A stretch of 20,000 nucleotides of DNA from an uncultured virus (IMG/VR IMGVR_UViG_3300035698_005365) (Duplodnaviria; Heunggongvirae; Uroviricota; Caudoviricetes). This document shows, piece after piece, positions 1 through 8,487 of this stretch. The first letter of the stretch is position 1, and every line of letters begins with the position of its first letter. The DNA is taken from IMG/VR virus record IMGVR_UViG_3300035698_005365. The stretch is one strand, 5' to 3'. The notes under the pieces are model-generated. The model saw nothing but the letters and a program-made list of their open reading frames with translations. It made no database searches and was not told where the DNA came from. The translations under genes and the position numbers were made by a program.

Positions 1-2
1 AT

Positions 3-392
3 GAAGATGTTGCAATCTTAGAGAGGCCCGAGCTTGATGAAATTATAGCTAAGTTCCAGAAGTCTCTTGGTAATACTGAGACATGGCAAAAGTTAACTGT
101 ATTTTATTTTCAATGTTTAGATAAATACAGCGACCTAACCAGTGAAGAGATAGTTGAAAAAGATTATCTATATTTAATGATTGGACTACGAAACCCAAGT
201 AACCCAGCAGCAATTATTGGAGTTATGCCCATTGCCTTTAAGAATGAAATACTTTCATTTAGACAGGAAGATTATAATCAGATATGTAATATGCTTGAGA
301 TGGAATTTCCTGTACGACTATCAGTATATAATGATAAGATGACCGTTGGTGTCAAGGAGGTTAAAGATGAGAGTTCTAATAAAGAAGAATGA
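3..392 (+). CDS. Hypothetical protein, 5'-truncated by window edge
   Basis: The frame of the 177..392 ORF is open back to position 3 (EDVAILERPELDEIIAKFQKSLGN...), so the real start is upstream of the window. Confidence 0.75.
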   Translation, partial: EDVAILERPELDEIIAKFQKSLGNTETWQKLTVFYFQCLDKYSDLTSEEIVEKDYLYLMIGLRNPSNPAAIIGVMPIAFKNEILSFRQEDYNQICNMLEMEFPVRLSVYNDKMTVGVKEVKDESSNKEE

Positions 393-609
393 AGATGGTA
401 AGTATACCACCCTTATTGGCGACCTTGATGTGAGCCAATATGTTTCTGGATTCTCAGTAGATGCGAGGGTTGATAAGAGTCCCCAAGTCTATTTAATCTT
501 GACGCCAGATTGTGTCGATATAGATCTAGAGGATATCGAGTTACGCTCGATATCTTATACTAAGTTAAAGAAAATCGAGGGGCATGGGGACCCCGACATC
601 GTTCTTTAA
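367..609 (+). CDS. Small hypothetical protein (80 aa, beta-rich)
   Basis: AAGGAGGT at 354-361 precedes ATG at 367 (MRVLIKKNEDGK...). It overlaps the upstream gene, and its stop lies 1 nt before the next ATG. Confidence 0.75.
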   Translation: MRVLIKKNEDGKYTTLIGDLDVSQYVSGFSVDARVDKSPQVYLILTPDCVDIDLEDIELRSISYTKLKKIEGHGDPDIVL

Positions 610-610
610 A

Positions 611-1690
611 ATGGCTAAGATATTATTCAACTCGGTCTTATATACTCCCGAGGGTATCACCAAGCATGCCCGTGAGGAAGCGAAGGAATTGCTGGCTAGA
701 GGCCATCAATTATTTGTTACTGATATTAACTACAAGAAAGAGTATGGTGAGGAGTATACAAAAATGTATACCCCTTTTGATAGGACTAAAGATGACTATA
801 TTCATTATATGATTCAGCCACCAATACGACCTAATAATATACCAGCATGTCTAGCAGGCTATACTAATGAGAAGAGATTGTTTTATTTTCTAGCATTTGA
901 GGCATCATTGCCGAAGCAGTGGGTTGAAGTAATCAACTATGCGCAGATGAAATGTATCATTGTGCCTAGCATGTATAATAAAAAGGTATTCGAGCGGTCC
1001 GGCATTCGGCATCCTATTGAAATACTGCCACATGGCATAGATCCTAGCTTCGCATACAAGGCTAAGCAGAGCCCATCTGAGGCACTTAAATTATTGTGGG
1101 CTGGTACCCTTCACAACTCAAGAAAGGGCCTCAGAGAGGCTTATATGGCCTTTAAGACCCTATCTGAGAGATACCCACACCTTACCCTAACAATAAAGGC
1201 CAGTGGAGTCTATGGATGCAGTGAAAAGTATAAAGAAATCTTAGATGAAGCAAGCAAGAATCCTCGCATTAATATTATAACAGATATCCTTTCAGATGCT
1301 GAAATGGTAACCTTATTTCAAGACCATCATATATATTTAAGCCCCCATACTAGTGAAGGTTTCGGTATGCATATACTTGAGGCCCTCGGAACAGGGACAC
1401 CTGTCGTTTGCAGTGGCTGGAGTGGCAATGTAGACTTCACAAAGAACGTCGCCCTCCATATAGACTTCGATGAAGAGTATAAAGTAGAAGAGGCCCCATA
1501 TACAGGGCAGATATGGAAGCGTCCATCTGTATCTAGTATCATTGATGTAACCAGTAAATTAATAGAGAACTATGATGATTATGCTAAGCTATTTAAAAAG
1601 CATAGTGTTGATATCCATAAAAAGTACTCATGGATCAATATAGTAGACCAATTAGAGGATCTGTTTATAAAGTATGGTGCAATAAACTAA
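611..1690 (+). CDS. Glycosyltransferase, GT-B fold, family GT4 (Glycos_transf_1-like)
   Basis: Contains IIVPS, ILPHGID, LLWAG...RKG and the EX7E motif SEGFGMHILEALGTGTPVV. The ATG at 611 directly follows the upstream TAA and is preferred over 584. Confidence 0.92.
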   Translation: MAKILFNSVLYTPEGITKHAREEAKELLARGHQLFVTDINYKKEYGEEYTKMYTPFDRTKDDYIHYMIQPPIRPNNIPACLAGYTNEKRLFYFLAFEASLPKQWVEVINYAQMKCIIVPSMYNKKVFERSGIRHPIEILPHGIDPSFAYKAKQSPSEALKLLWAGTLHNSRKGLREAYMAFKTLSERYPHLTLTIKASGVYGCSEKYKEILDEASKNPRINIITDILSDAEMVTLFQDHHIYLSPHTSEGFGMHILEALGTGTPVVCSGWSGNVDFTKNVALHIDFDEEYKVEEAPYTGQIWKRPSVSSIIDVTSKLIENYDDYAKLFKKHSVDIHKKYSWINIVDQLEDLFIKYGAIN

Positions 1691-1701
1691 AGCTTTATAA
1701 A
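1684..1701 (+). promoter_or_regulatory. Putative archaeal-type promoter (A-rich BRE + TTTATAAA)
   Basis: AAACTAAAGCTTTATAAA, with the TATA-like octamer at 1694-1701, about 34 nt upstream of the ATG at 1735. Confidence 0.45.
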
Positions 1702-1734
1702 GAATAAACGGTACATCTAATATGGGGAGTACAC

Positions 1735-1911
1735 ATGATGCCATACTGGATACTATTGTTAGTATCGTCTGATCGAGCACTATACCGCCATCTAGGCCAA
1801 CGTTGTTTTAATTGGTATAGACGGTATCTTTTAAAAATGCCATATATCACAATGAAGTTAGATAAGAAAGATAAATATATCTTTCTATATTCTAGCGACT
1901 TTGATATTTAA
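1735..1911 (+). CDS. Small hypothetical protein (58 aa), not in the ORF track
   Basis: MMPYWILLLVSSDRALYRHLGQRCFNWYRRYLLKMPYITMKLDKKDKYIFLYSSDFDI*. GGGGAG at 1724-1729 precedes it, it fills the gap exactly, and its TAA overlaps the convergent stop (TTAA 1908-1911). Confidence 0.45.
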   Translation: MMPYWILLLVSSDRALYRHLGQRCFNWYRRYLLKMPYITMKLDKKDKYIFLYSSDFDI

Positions 1912-3260
1912 TCTAATCTATATTTACCATCAATAATATTAATAAGTTGTGGCCTACCATGGGGATATAATGCACAATGTGTATTTAACCAACTGCTGGC
2001 CCCCCTATTATATTCTAATTGTAGATTCGTACTAGTTCCAACTACCCATGTATTCCGCTGAATCTGTGGACTGTGGGCGTGTCCTGAGATCGACTTCCCA
2101 GTACTATTCTCCATACTTCTTATAGATCCCCTGGCACCATTGGCACCCAAGTCTCCATGATTAGCAAGCTGGTATCCCCGCACCTTGAAGTCATCATCTC
2201 GTCCTAAGAATGTAACAGCTGGCACCTTGCCATGTGTATATTCAATGCCACGCTCTAATGGATCAGCCCCCTGAAGATAATCCTGTGCCAACTTACATGA
2301 TAGATCTAAATTTTTAGGGTCATCTGTAAACCTTCCCTCCTGTAGATATCTTTCAATGAATTCATCATGATTAGATTTAACAACAATAACTGCCCCATCT
2401 TCTGGAAGAAGTGCCTGCAGTGTATCTAGTGTTTCACCACACATATTAAGTTCGCTTTCTAAATCGTCTCCACCGGCCTTAGCCTTAGCGGCCCTAATCA
2501 TTAATTGTTTCTGGTGATGATGAGAAATACTATATGCATCAAATAGATCATGTATGATAAGATATTTTGGGCGTAGTTCTGCAATCAATTCTTTAGTTGC
2601 CTTAAGCACTTCGTCATTAATGGCCCCCGTGTGCAAGTCCCCTAATACAAGTGCCTCTGCACGATCATACATTGGCGTCGCCGCTCCTGCAAATTCTATT
2701 CCAAGATCATACATTCGTCCAGTGGTATTAGCCTGTAGTTGCCTATAATGGAATGAGTCTTTATTTGCTTCTACTAAGATGCCCCCAAAGACATGATCTA
2801 GGCGGGCCTTCGTATCCCAGTTACCATCTCGATAGTGTGGCATAGTACAAGCGCCCGTAGTCATTAGGACCTTCGGCTTATGCGTATTAGAATTAGGTAT
2901 TACTTGCATCCGTTGCTTTGGACTTGCAAAGATTGCAGACTTATCATATTGAACGAAGCGCCCCCATCCAGTGAGTGGATCTATCTGCTGTGCCTTTACT
3001 GGGAAGCGTCTAATATCTAGATCCCTATGAATAGGCATATCGCCATCTACTATAGAATGTTTTTGTAGACTTGGATGTAGGAGTTCATCTTCAGATGAAC
3101 TCTTCGATGTTGGTGCCTGACCATTGGTCGGCAAGATTAAGATTTCAGCGTCATGATATGATGCTGCTGATTCAAGAGATTCAATAAATTTTTTGTGGGG
3201 TGGTGCTCCACGTTGCGCTGTAGTTATTATATACTTACTTACTTTATCATCTAATGTCAT
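1908..3260 (-). CDS. Calcineurin-like metallophosphoesterase, phage T5 A1-like protein
   Basis: Metal-binding motifs GDLH, HDLFD, SNHD, NHGD and GHAH. The N-terminal YIITTAQ, MTTGACT and HVFGGILVE segments and the C-terminal YNRGASSW...YPHGR...IIDGKY segment match my recollection of T5 A1-family proteins. GGGGGA RBS upstream. Confidence 0.8.
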   Translation of the reverse strand: MTLDDKVSKYIITTAQRGAPPHKKFIESLESAASYHDAEILILPTNGQAPTSKSSSEDELLHPSLQKHSIVDGDMPIHRDLDIRRFPVKAQQIDPLTGWGRFVQYDKSAIFASPKQRMQVIPNSNTHKPKVLMTTGACTMPHYRDGNWDTKARLDHVFGGILVEANKDSFHYRQLQANTTGRMYDLGIEFAGAATPMYDRAEALVLGDLHTGAINDEVLKATKELIAELRPKYLIIHDLFDAYSISHHHQKQLMIRAAKAKAGGDDLESELNMCGETLDTLQALLPEDGAVIVVKSNHDEFIERYLQEGRFTDDPKNLDLSCKLAQDYLQGADPLERGIEYTHGKVPAVTFLGRDDDFKVRGYQLANHGDLGANGARGSIRSMENSTGKSISGHAHSPQIQRNTWVVGTSTNLQLEYNRGASSWLNTHCALYPHGRPQLINIIDGKYRLD

Positions 3261-3328
3261 TTATTCCCCCGATACTCTTTAAGATAGCTACCGCTATAAT
3301 ATAATAGTATCATGTTATTAAAAAATAA

Positions 3329-3580
3329 TTACTTATTTGTTACTATATGAGTTGCTGATAAATTTACCTTCATAAAGTAAAACTCTGCTATATCTAATAC
3401 ACACTTACCAAGAATAACTAATGGTAATGATCCGAATAGTGGCCATAGTTGTGGATACATTGCTACAACGCCAGTAACAACTGGGGTCATTAACTTAATC
3501 ATATCTTTAATCTTGGGCCAATTTTTTTTAAACCAAATGCCCTTATTCCATCCTTTCAAACTTAAGTTTTTGCTTATCAT
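3329..3580 (-). CDS. Small membrane protein (83 aa), holin-like candidate
   Basis: Start corrected to ATG 3580 (AGGTG RBS at 3588-3592). Basic, Trp-rich N-terminus followed by hydrophobic segments (LMTPVVTGVVAM; LWPLFGSLPLVILG). Last gene of the structural cluster. Confidence 0.6.
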   Translation of the reverse strand: MISKNLSLKGWNKGIWFKKNWPKIKDMIKLMTPVVTGVVAMYPQLWPLFGSLPLVILGKCVLDIAEFYFMKVNLSATHIVTNK

Positions 3581-3590
3581 ATATATACAC

Positions 3591-4568
3591 CTATTTCGAT
3601 AATAGTGAAAACCCTTTAATTGTTGGGACACCTGCCGCTGGACTACCAGTAGCTGCAGTTATCTTTACTAATACTCGAGTGGGCTCACTTGTAAATGCTG
3701 TGAAATCACTAATCTCTGGAGCTGTTCGCATACAGTTTAACCATCCACTATCCTCACTAACATTTTGTAATTTATATTCTATATTTGCACCATCTTCCCA
3801 TGTTTCAAGTAATGGTACTCCAATTGCTGAAGATACTGTAGATCCAAGGGTTCCTGTTGGAATATCATGCCAGACTGTTCCATCCGATCCAGCAGTAGTT
3901 GTTGTATATTCTAAACTCCAATATAAATGATTTACGGAAGTGCCCGGGGCAATAGTATTTAATGCTAATCTAACTCCGGAACATGATGTTCCAATAGCAG
4001 TTGTCCCAGTAGCATTCCATAATTGAGTTGTACCATGACTACCAACAAATCCATATGCATCCCAAGAAGATCCATTATATGTATCTATTGCAAGCGATCC
4101 ACTAGTCATATTGACTGCAGATACACTATCTGTTCTAACACGCCATCTAACATCTAATACACTTTTAGTTGATCCAAAAAAATAACCTATTGATGTTGAT
4201 TTTGTTCCGGCAGTAACTACTTCTACGGCAGCGGTCGAATCATTAAAATCTGCAATCCATGTTGGATTTTGCATAACATTAGGATCATATAAAGAATTAT
4301 AATCAGTTGACAACGCACTAACACCTATACCATAATGGTCTGTTGAAAATAACGCTGTTGTTGATCCAGCATTTACAGTATTTTTTCTACCAGAGGCATC
4401 TATATATGCTTCTGCCCACATATCAATAAACCCAGTGGAAATATCTACATCACGGTCTTGTAATTCTCGAATTAAATTTAATCCATTTACAGTATAACAT
4501 ACACTAAAGTTATCATTCAACTGTGTTGATAATAAAGTCGCACGTCTTTTAAAGTCTTCTAATCCCAT
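3591..4568 (-). CDS. Putative tail fibre / receptor-binding or baseplate-associated virion protein
   Basis: N-terminal 'STQLNDNF' resembles fibre anchor peptides. S/T/G-rich beta-sandwich-like body. Located at the distal end of the tail module. Confidence 0.55.
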   Translation of the reverse strand: MGLEDFKRRATLLSTQLNDNFSVCYTVNGLNLIRELQDRDVDISTGFIDMWAEAYIDASGRKNTVNAGSTTALFSTDHYGIGVSALSTDYNSLYDPNVMQNPTWIADFNDSTAAVEVVTAGTKSTSIGYFFGSTKSVLDVRWRVRTDSVSAVNMTSGSLAIDTYNGSSWDAYGFVGSHGTTQLWNATGTTAIGTSCSGVRLALNTIAPGTSVNHLYWSLEYTTTTAGSDGTVWHDIPTGTLGSTVSSAIGVPLLETWEDGANIEYKLQNVSEDSGWLNCMRTAPEISDFTAFTSEPTRVLVKITAATGSPAAGVPTIKGFSLLSK

Positions 4569-4602
4569 TTTTATCTCTTATTATTATAATTATATTTTAT
4601 CC

Positions 4603-4610
4603 TTTATAAA
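4603..4610 (-). promoter_or_regulatory. Putative TATA box (TTTATAAA)
   Basis: Intergenic octamer about 35 nt upstream of ATG 4568, the same spacing as the boxes at 1694 and 16283. Confidence 0.4.
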
Positions 4611-4612
4611 TA

Positions 4613-6028
4613 TTATTGTTTTAAACTATATGCTATTTCCAATGAAAAGATTTTTGCACCATTCATCCCATCTACAAATAGGTATCCCTCATTGCTATCA
4701 TTAGATATAGTCAATAAAGATCCAATTTGATTACTGGATGTTTGCTGAAAATTAATAACTGACCCAGCCCCCGACCCAAAATAATAACCAATAGATCCAG
4801 TCTGTGTTATATTTTCAGTTGAAATGATTTTAGATCCACTTATTAATGATGTATCATATATGTTAAATGAATCAATATCTCTTTCAATCCAGATTGGATT
4901 TGAGGAGCCAATAGCTATCCCAGATCCAATAATACTTGTTGATCCAGTGGCTAAAGTATGTTTTATTATATAGGATGATCCGTTATAATTTGGATTAATA
5001 TTATATGCTGTGGTTTCATTACTTTCAAAAATAGGTCCAAACACATTTGCTGTCACATCATTTTCAGCATCTATATAATATGTATAAGAATCCTTTTTGG
5101 GTTTATCATAATATGTATAACTTCCAAGATTGATATATGGAGTTGAACCAACGGTATCTAATGATGATGAATAATAGACACTTTGACCATTAGTATTTAA
5201 ATTTAAATAATCATTAATTCCTAGGTATGAATCTGCTCCAGCTTTAAAAATAATTTTACCACTCCCAAGTGGTGATGTAATATCTTGAAAATCTAGAAAG
5301 TATCCACTGCCTAAATCCGTGGCATCTTGTATATAAATCTTTTTATAATCTAACCTTGTATCAACTAAGATATTAAGATAGCTACCAGTATAAAACGATC
5401 CAGTTGTATTTAATTCTGTATGAACTCCACTACTAACCTTATTAAATGATATACTACTTCCTAAGTTTAAATAGTAATGATTATTACTATCTTCATAATT
5501 AAAATATAAACTTCCAGCGGTCTTTAAATGATCATATCTAAATGTTGTTTTAAATAAATAATTATTTGCAACATTAAGTTCACTAGATCCACCAGTTAGA
5601 ATATAATTACTAAAGTCTTTATTATTTGGGGCACTGATATCTCTAGCTAGATATGTATCATTCGATACACTAAGCCCTGTCTCTTGTCCAAAAAACATAG
5701 TATCTAGGTATACGCTACCAGTGGATAATCCACCAACGCTTAAATCAAATGATATAATTGAACCTATATCTGGGGCACCCGTCAAGGTACTACCTATTGA
5801 TGATAGATTAAATCCAAACGATATTGGAATTGTATAATCAATAGAGCTCCCAATGTCTGTATTTAGATTAACTACAATGCTGCCAGAATCACCATTAGAT
5901 GTATATACTATATGTAAAAGCGATGTATCAATAGATCCTATATTTTGAAACTGTGCCTGAGAGACTGACTCACCATTTCCTAATTTCAACATTTCTGTTC
6001 CTTGCACTATTGGGGTTATTTTAATCAT
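4613..6028 (-). CDS. Virion structural protein, beta-rich (possible lectin-like central domain), extremely GS-rich
   Basis: 471 aa, S/I/N/T/Y-rich. 24 Gly-Ser dipeptides by manual count. Lies in the tail-tip/fibre region. Confidence 0.6.
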   Translation of the reverse strand: MIKITPIVQGTEMLKLGNGESVSQAQFQNIGSIDTSLLHIVYTSNGDSGSIVVNLNTDIGSSIDYTIPISFGFNLSSIGSTLTGAPDIGSIISFDLSVGGLSTGSVYLDTMFFGQETGLSVSNDTYLARDISAPNNKDFSNYILTGGSSELNVANNYLFKTTFRYDHLKTAGSLYFNYEDSNNHYYLNLGSSISFNKVSSGVHTELNTTGSFYTGSYLNILVDTRLDYKKIYIQDATDLGSGYFLDFQDITSPLGSGKIIFKAGADSYLGINDYLNLNTNGQSVYYSSSLDTVGSTPYINLGSYTYYDKPKKDSYTYYIDAENDVTANVFGPIFESNETTAYNINPNYNGSSYIIKHTLATGSTSIIGSGIAIGSSNPIWIERDIDSFNIYDTSLISGSKIISTENITQTGSIGYYFGSGAGSVINFQQTSSNQIGSLLTISNDSNEGYLFVDGMNGAKIFSLEIAYSLKQ

Positions 6029-6112
6029 TATTATTCACGTATACTTAAAATGTTATATTCTTTTAATACCGATGATGAACACGGCTTTTGTATTTATTGT
6101 CATAATTATTTA

Positions 6113-6370
6113 CTACTCCTTTTTTATAACAGATATCACTTCAATTTTACCATCAGTTTTTATTTTTCTTACTTCACATGGTTTCCCAGTATCGTCTTTT
6201 ACATGGTCGCCATCAACTATGATACCTTTAGGAGAAGTAAATTTTTCTTTATATTCTCCATATAGCGTTTCAGCTTCAGCATCTGTAGTAACATTTAGTC
6301 TGACCAAATTAGCTATTTCTGTTTGTAAATCTGTGTTTTCTTCTTTGATTTCTAAGTATTTGTGTACCAT
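6113..6370 (-). CDS. Small hypothetical protein (85 aa), possible fibre-assembly accessory
   Basis: AAGGA RBS upstream, charged composition, directly downstream of the LamG gene. Confidence 0.65.
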   Translation of the reverse strand: MVHKYLEIKEENTDLQTEIANLVRLNVTTDAEAETLYGEYKEKFTSPKGIIVDGDHVKDDTGKPCEVRKIKTDGKIEVISVIKKE

Positions 6371-6382
6371 TTTTGTTTTTCC

Positions 6383-7087
6383 TTAATCATACTTTAATGC
6401 TGCTCCTGAGTCATATAAATCTGTGATTTCTCCTGGTGTAAGTGTTTTGTTGGAAAGATAAATTTCATCCATCATCCCATCATAATAATCACCGAATCCT
6501 TTAGAACCCATATATGATGTTGTCTTCTGTGCTGCAAAGTTTGTTACTGTTGAATCTGTGTCAATTGATGTTCCGTCCTTATATAAAATCCACCCATTAA
6601 CCGTATTATAGGTTATACTATACATTCTCTTTGTCGTTGATAAAGATGAATCGCTAACCTTTACAGTCCATGCCCCCTGATTGCTTCTTACTTCTAGTGT
6701 TCCCGACAAGATTCTTAATTGTATTGACCCATAATCGTCTCCGAATGGTGCCCAAATATATGCTTCCGTTGATGTATCATCCGTTTGCATCCAGAGATTG
6801 ATTGAAAAATTATTATTAACTGTTGTAACTATTAAATCGCCAGGGAGTGTTGTTGTGTCATTCGTTCCATCGAATCCCCTTCCGAAATTTAATTGCCCAG
6901 TCACCTGTGTCGTGCCTATATTAGTCCCGTTGTTGGCAGAAACCTCATCGACTATACTTGATGTTTCCATCTTAGAATACCAGACTAAGCCAGTTGATAG
7001 TGTCGGATGTGTTACTATTGAGTCCCAACTACCAGAAGATATTTTCTGACCTGATGCGACAATTCCAACTGAAAATGGTGATATCAT
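6383..7087 (-). CDS. LamG / concanavalin-A-like lectin domain protein (receptor-binding candidate)
   Basis: GLVWYSKME, GRGFDGTND, FSINLWM, WILYKDG and YYDGMMDEIYLSNKTLTPGEITDLY match the Laminin_G_3 pattern. Confidence 0.88.
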   Translation of the reverse strand: MISPFSVGIVASGQKISSGSWDSIVTHPTLSTGLVWYSKMETSSIVDEVSANNGTNIGTTQVTGQLNFGRGFDGTNDTTTLPGDLIVTTVNNNFSINLWMQTDDTSTEAYIWAPFGDDYGSIQLRILSGTLEVRSNQGAWTVKVSDSSLSTTKRMYSITYNTVNGWILYKDGTSIDTDSTVTNFAAQKTTSYMGSKGFGDYYDGMMDEIYLSNKTLTPGEITDLYDSGAALKYD

Positions 7088-7750
7088 TTATGCAGCCTCT
7101 AAATCTCCTGAGAGAATCCACTCGTCTGTCCCTAATTTCAATAGCGAACATGATGTATATTGTGCTCTCATTAGCAATGTTTGTGGTGTCCTGATTGTTA
7201 CCCCAGCTCCTGCCGTTATTGTAACTTGTCCAGCTCCAAGCTGACTAATTAAAATTGACGTTCCTGTTACAAACGCTACCGAACTATTAGGTGGGACTGT
7301 TAATGTTGAAGCTCCCGCATTGTTCATTGTAACTGGTTCTGATTTGTCTCCGGCTACCAATGTATATGATGTCCCTGTTTGCGTATTTATTGTGAATGTG
7401 TCTGCTGCCTTAGCATTAAGCTGTGTTTGAATTGCACTTGTTACGCCATTAACATATTCTATTTCTGCTGCCGTTGTAGTTGCTACTGCTACAAAACCAC
7501 TGCCATCTGAAACTAATGCACGAGATACTGTGGTGGCTGCCAATTTATTTAAAGCTATAGCTGCAGCAGCTTTAATGCTTGCATTAGCTAAATTTGTAAT
7601 AGCGTTGCCAGTTCCATCCTCATTTATTGTCTTGTTTGTTAATGTTGCCGTACCAGCTGCAGTAATCCGCGTCTTCTGGTCAGCAACGTGAGTATTCCAT
7701 TCTGATGAACTTAACTCACTTCCTATTCCTTTATTATCGTCCCAGGCCAT
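7088..7750 (-). CDS. Tail fibre-like protein
   Basis: TLTNKTI and 'EIEYVNGVTSAIQTQLNAK' shaft motifs, plus the common phage C-terminal domain NTQTGTSYTLV...GAGQVTI...EWILSGDL. GGTGAT RBS at 7754-7759. Confidence 0.8.
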   Translation of the reverse strand: MAWDDNKGIGSELSSSEWNTHVADQKTRITAAGTATLTNKTINEDGTGNAITNLANASIKAAAAIALNKLAATTVSRALVSDGSGFVAVATTTAAEIEYVNGVTSAIQTQLNAKAADTFTINTQTGTSYTLVAGDKSEPVTMNNAGASTLTVPPNSSVAFVTGTSILISQLGAGQVTITAGAGVTIRTPQTLLMRAQYTSCSLLKLGTDEWILSGDLEAA

Positions 7751-7794
7751 ATTATCACCATATTATTTATTTTTTATTCTTGTTTGTTTTATTA

Positions 7795-8136
7795 TTAAAA
7801 TGTTGTTGGGAATGTCCATGGGAATATTGCAGAGCCTGTTATAGGTTCGGTATTTGATCCACTTGTTACAAAACTTCCGCTTCTAATTAAAGCATCATCC
7901 CATGTTTCTATATTTGATGTAAATTCTGATAAAACATATGTATTATTATTATCAGTATATGATTGATATTCCGCACTATGAGGGCTTCCGGAAAAGTAAT
8001 CAATAACTATATTTGAAGCGCTACCAATATTAATATCAGCTATTAACTGTATTTCACTTACAGATAATAGAGATCCTGCGGGAGACATATTGTTTTTAAC
8101 AATAGGGCCAACTAAATTTGGTATTCGGTTTGTCAT
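7795..8136 (-). CDS. Small tail-tip virion protein
   Basis: Tightly packed in the tail module. Ends in FPWTFPTTF, an FPxTFP-type motif seen in phage tail proteins. 6 GS dipeptides. Confidence 0.55.
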   Translation of the reverse strand: MTNRIPNLVGPIVKNNMSPAGSLLSVSEIQLIADINIGSASNIVIDYFSGSPHSAEYQSYTDNNNTYVLSEFTSNIETWDDALIRSGSFVTSGSNTEPITGSAIFPWTFPTTF

Positions 8137-8139
8137 TAT

Positions 8140-8487
8140 TTATGGAAATAAAATGCTTCCGTCCGCAGCATTCTGACTCATTATGGTAAATCTATCATTT
8201 GTAAAATTTGTAAAAAATTTATTTAATGAATTATATACAATGAATAAATTTTCAGTTTGTTCGTAGTCGGACCCAATCTTAACAACATCTAATTGTCCAT
8301 TTACTGGATCATCTAATATGAAGGCGTTATTCTTAAGATTTTTAAAAATTTTAAACCGCGTATCAATAATCTTTAATGATTCTCTAGTAAATGTAATTCT
8401 TGGAACACTTGACGTTCCTCCCTGAAACTGTAATCTAGTATTATAATTTTGCTGACTTTGCTTTCCTAATGAAACTCCTAATGGCAT
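8140..8487 (-). CDS. Small tail-tip virion protein
   Basis: TAATG coupling with the hub gene, GGTGAG RBS at 8494-8499. FILDDPVNGQLD motif resembles those of viral tail proteins. Confidence 0.55.
   Translation of the reverse strand: MPLGVSLGKQSQQNYNTRLQFQGGTSSVPRITFTRESLKIIDTRFKIFKNLKNNAFILDDPVNGQLDVVKIGSDYEQTENLFIVYNSLNKFFTNFTNDRFTIMSQNAADGSILFP

Noticed and set aside
4613..6028. GS enrichment as a DNA-level repeat (frequent GATCC) or as archaeal N-glycosylation sequons
   Set aside because: GS uses many synonymous codon pairs, so GATCC is a by-product. Only a minority of sites are N-G-S, and AglB acts outside the cytoplasm.
3591..7750. Diversity-generating retroelement targeting the fibre/LamG genes
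   Set aside because: No reverse transcriptase and no ~100-nt template/variable repeat pair noticed in the window.
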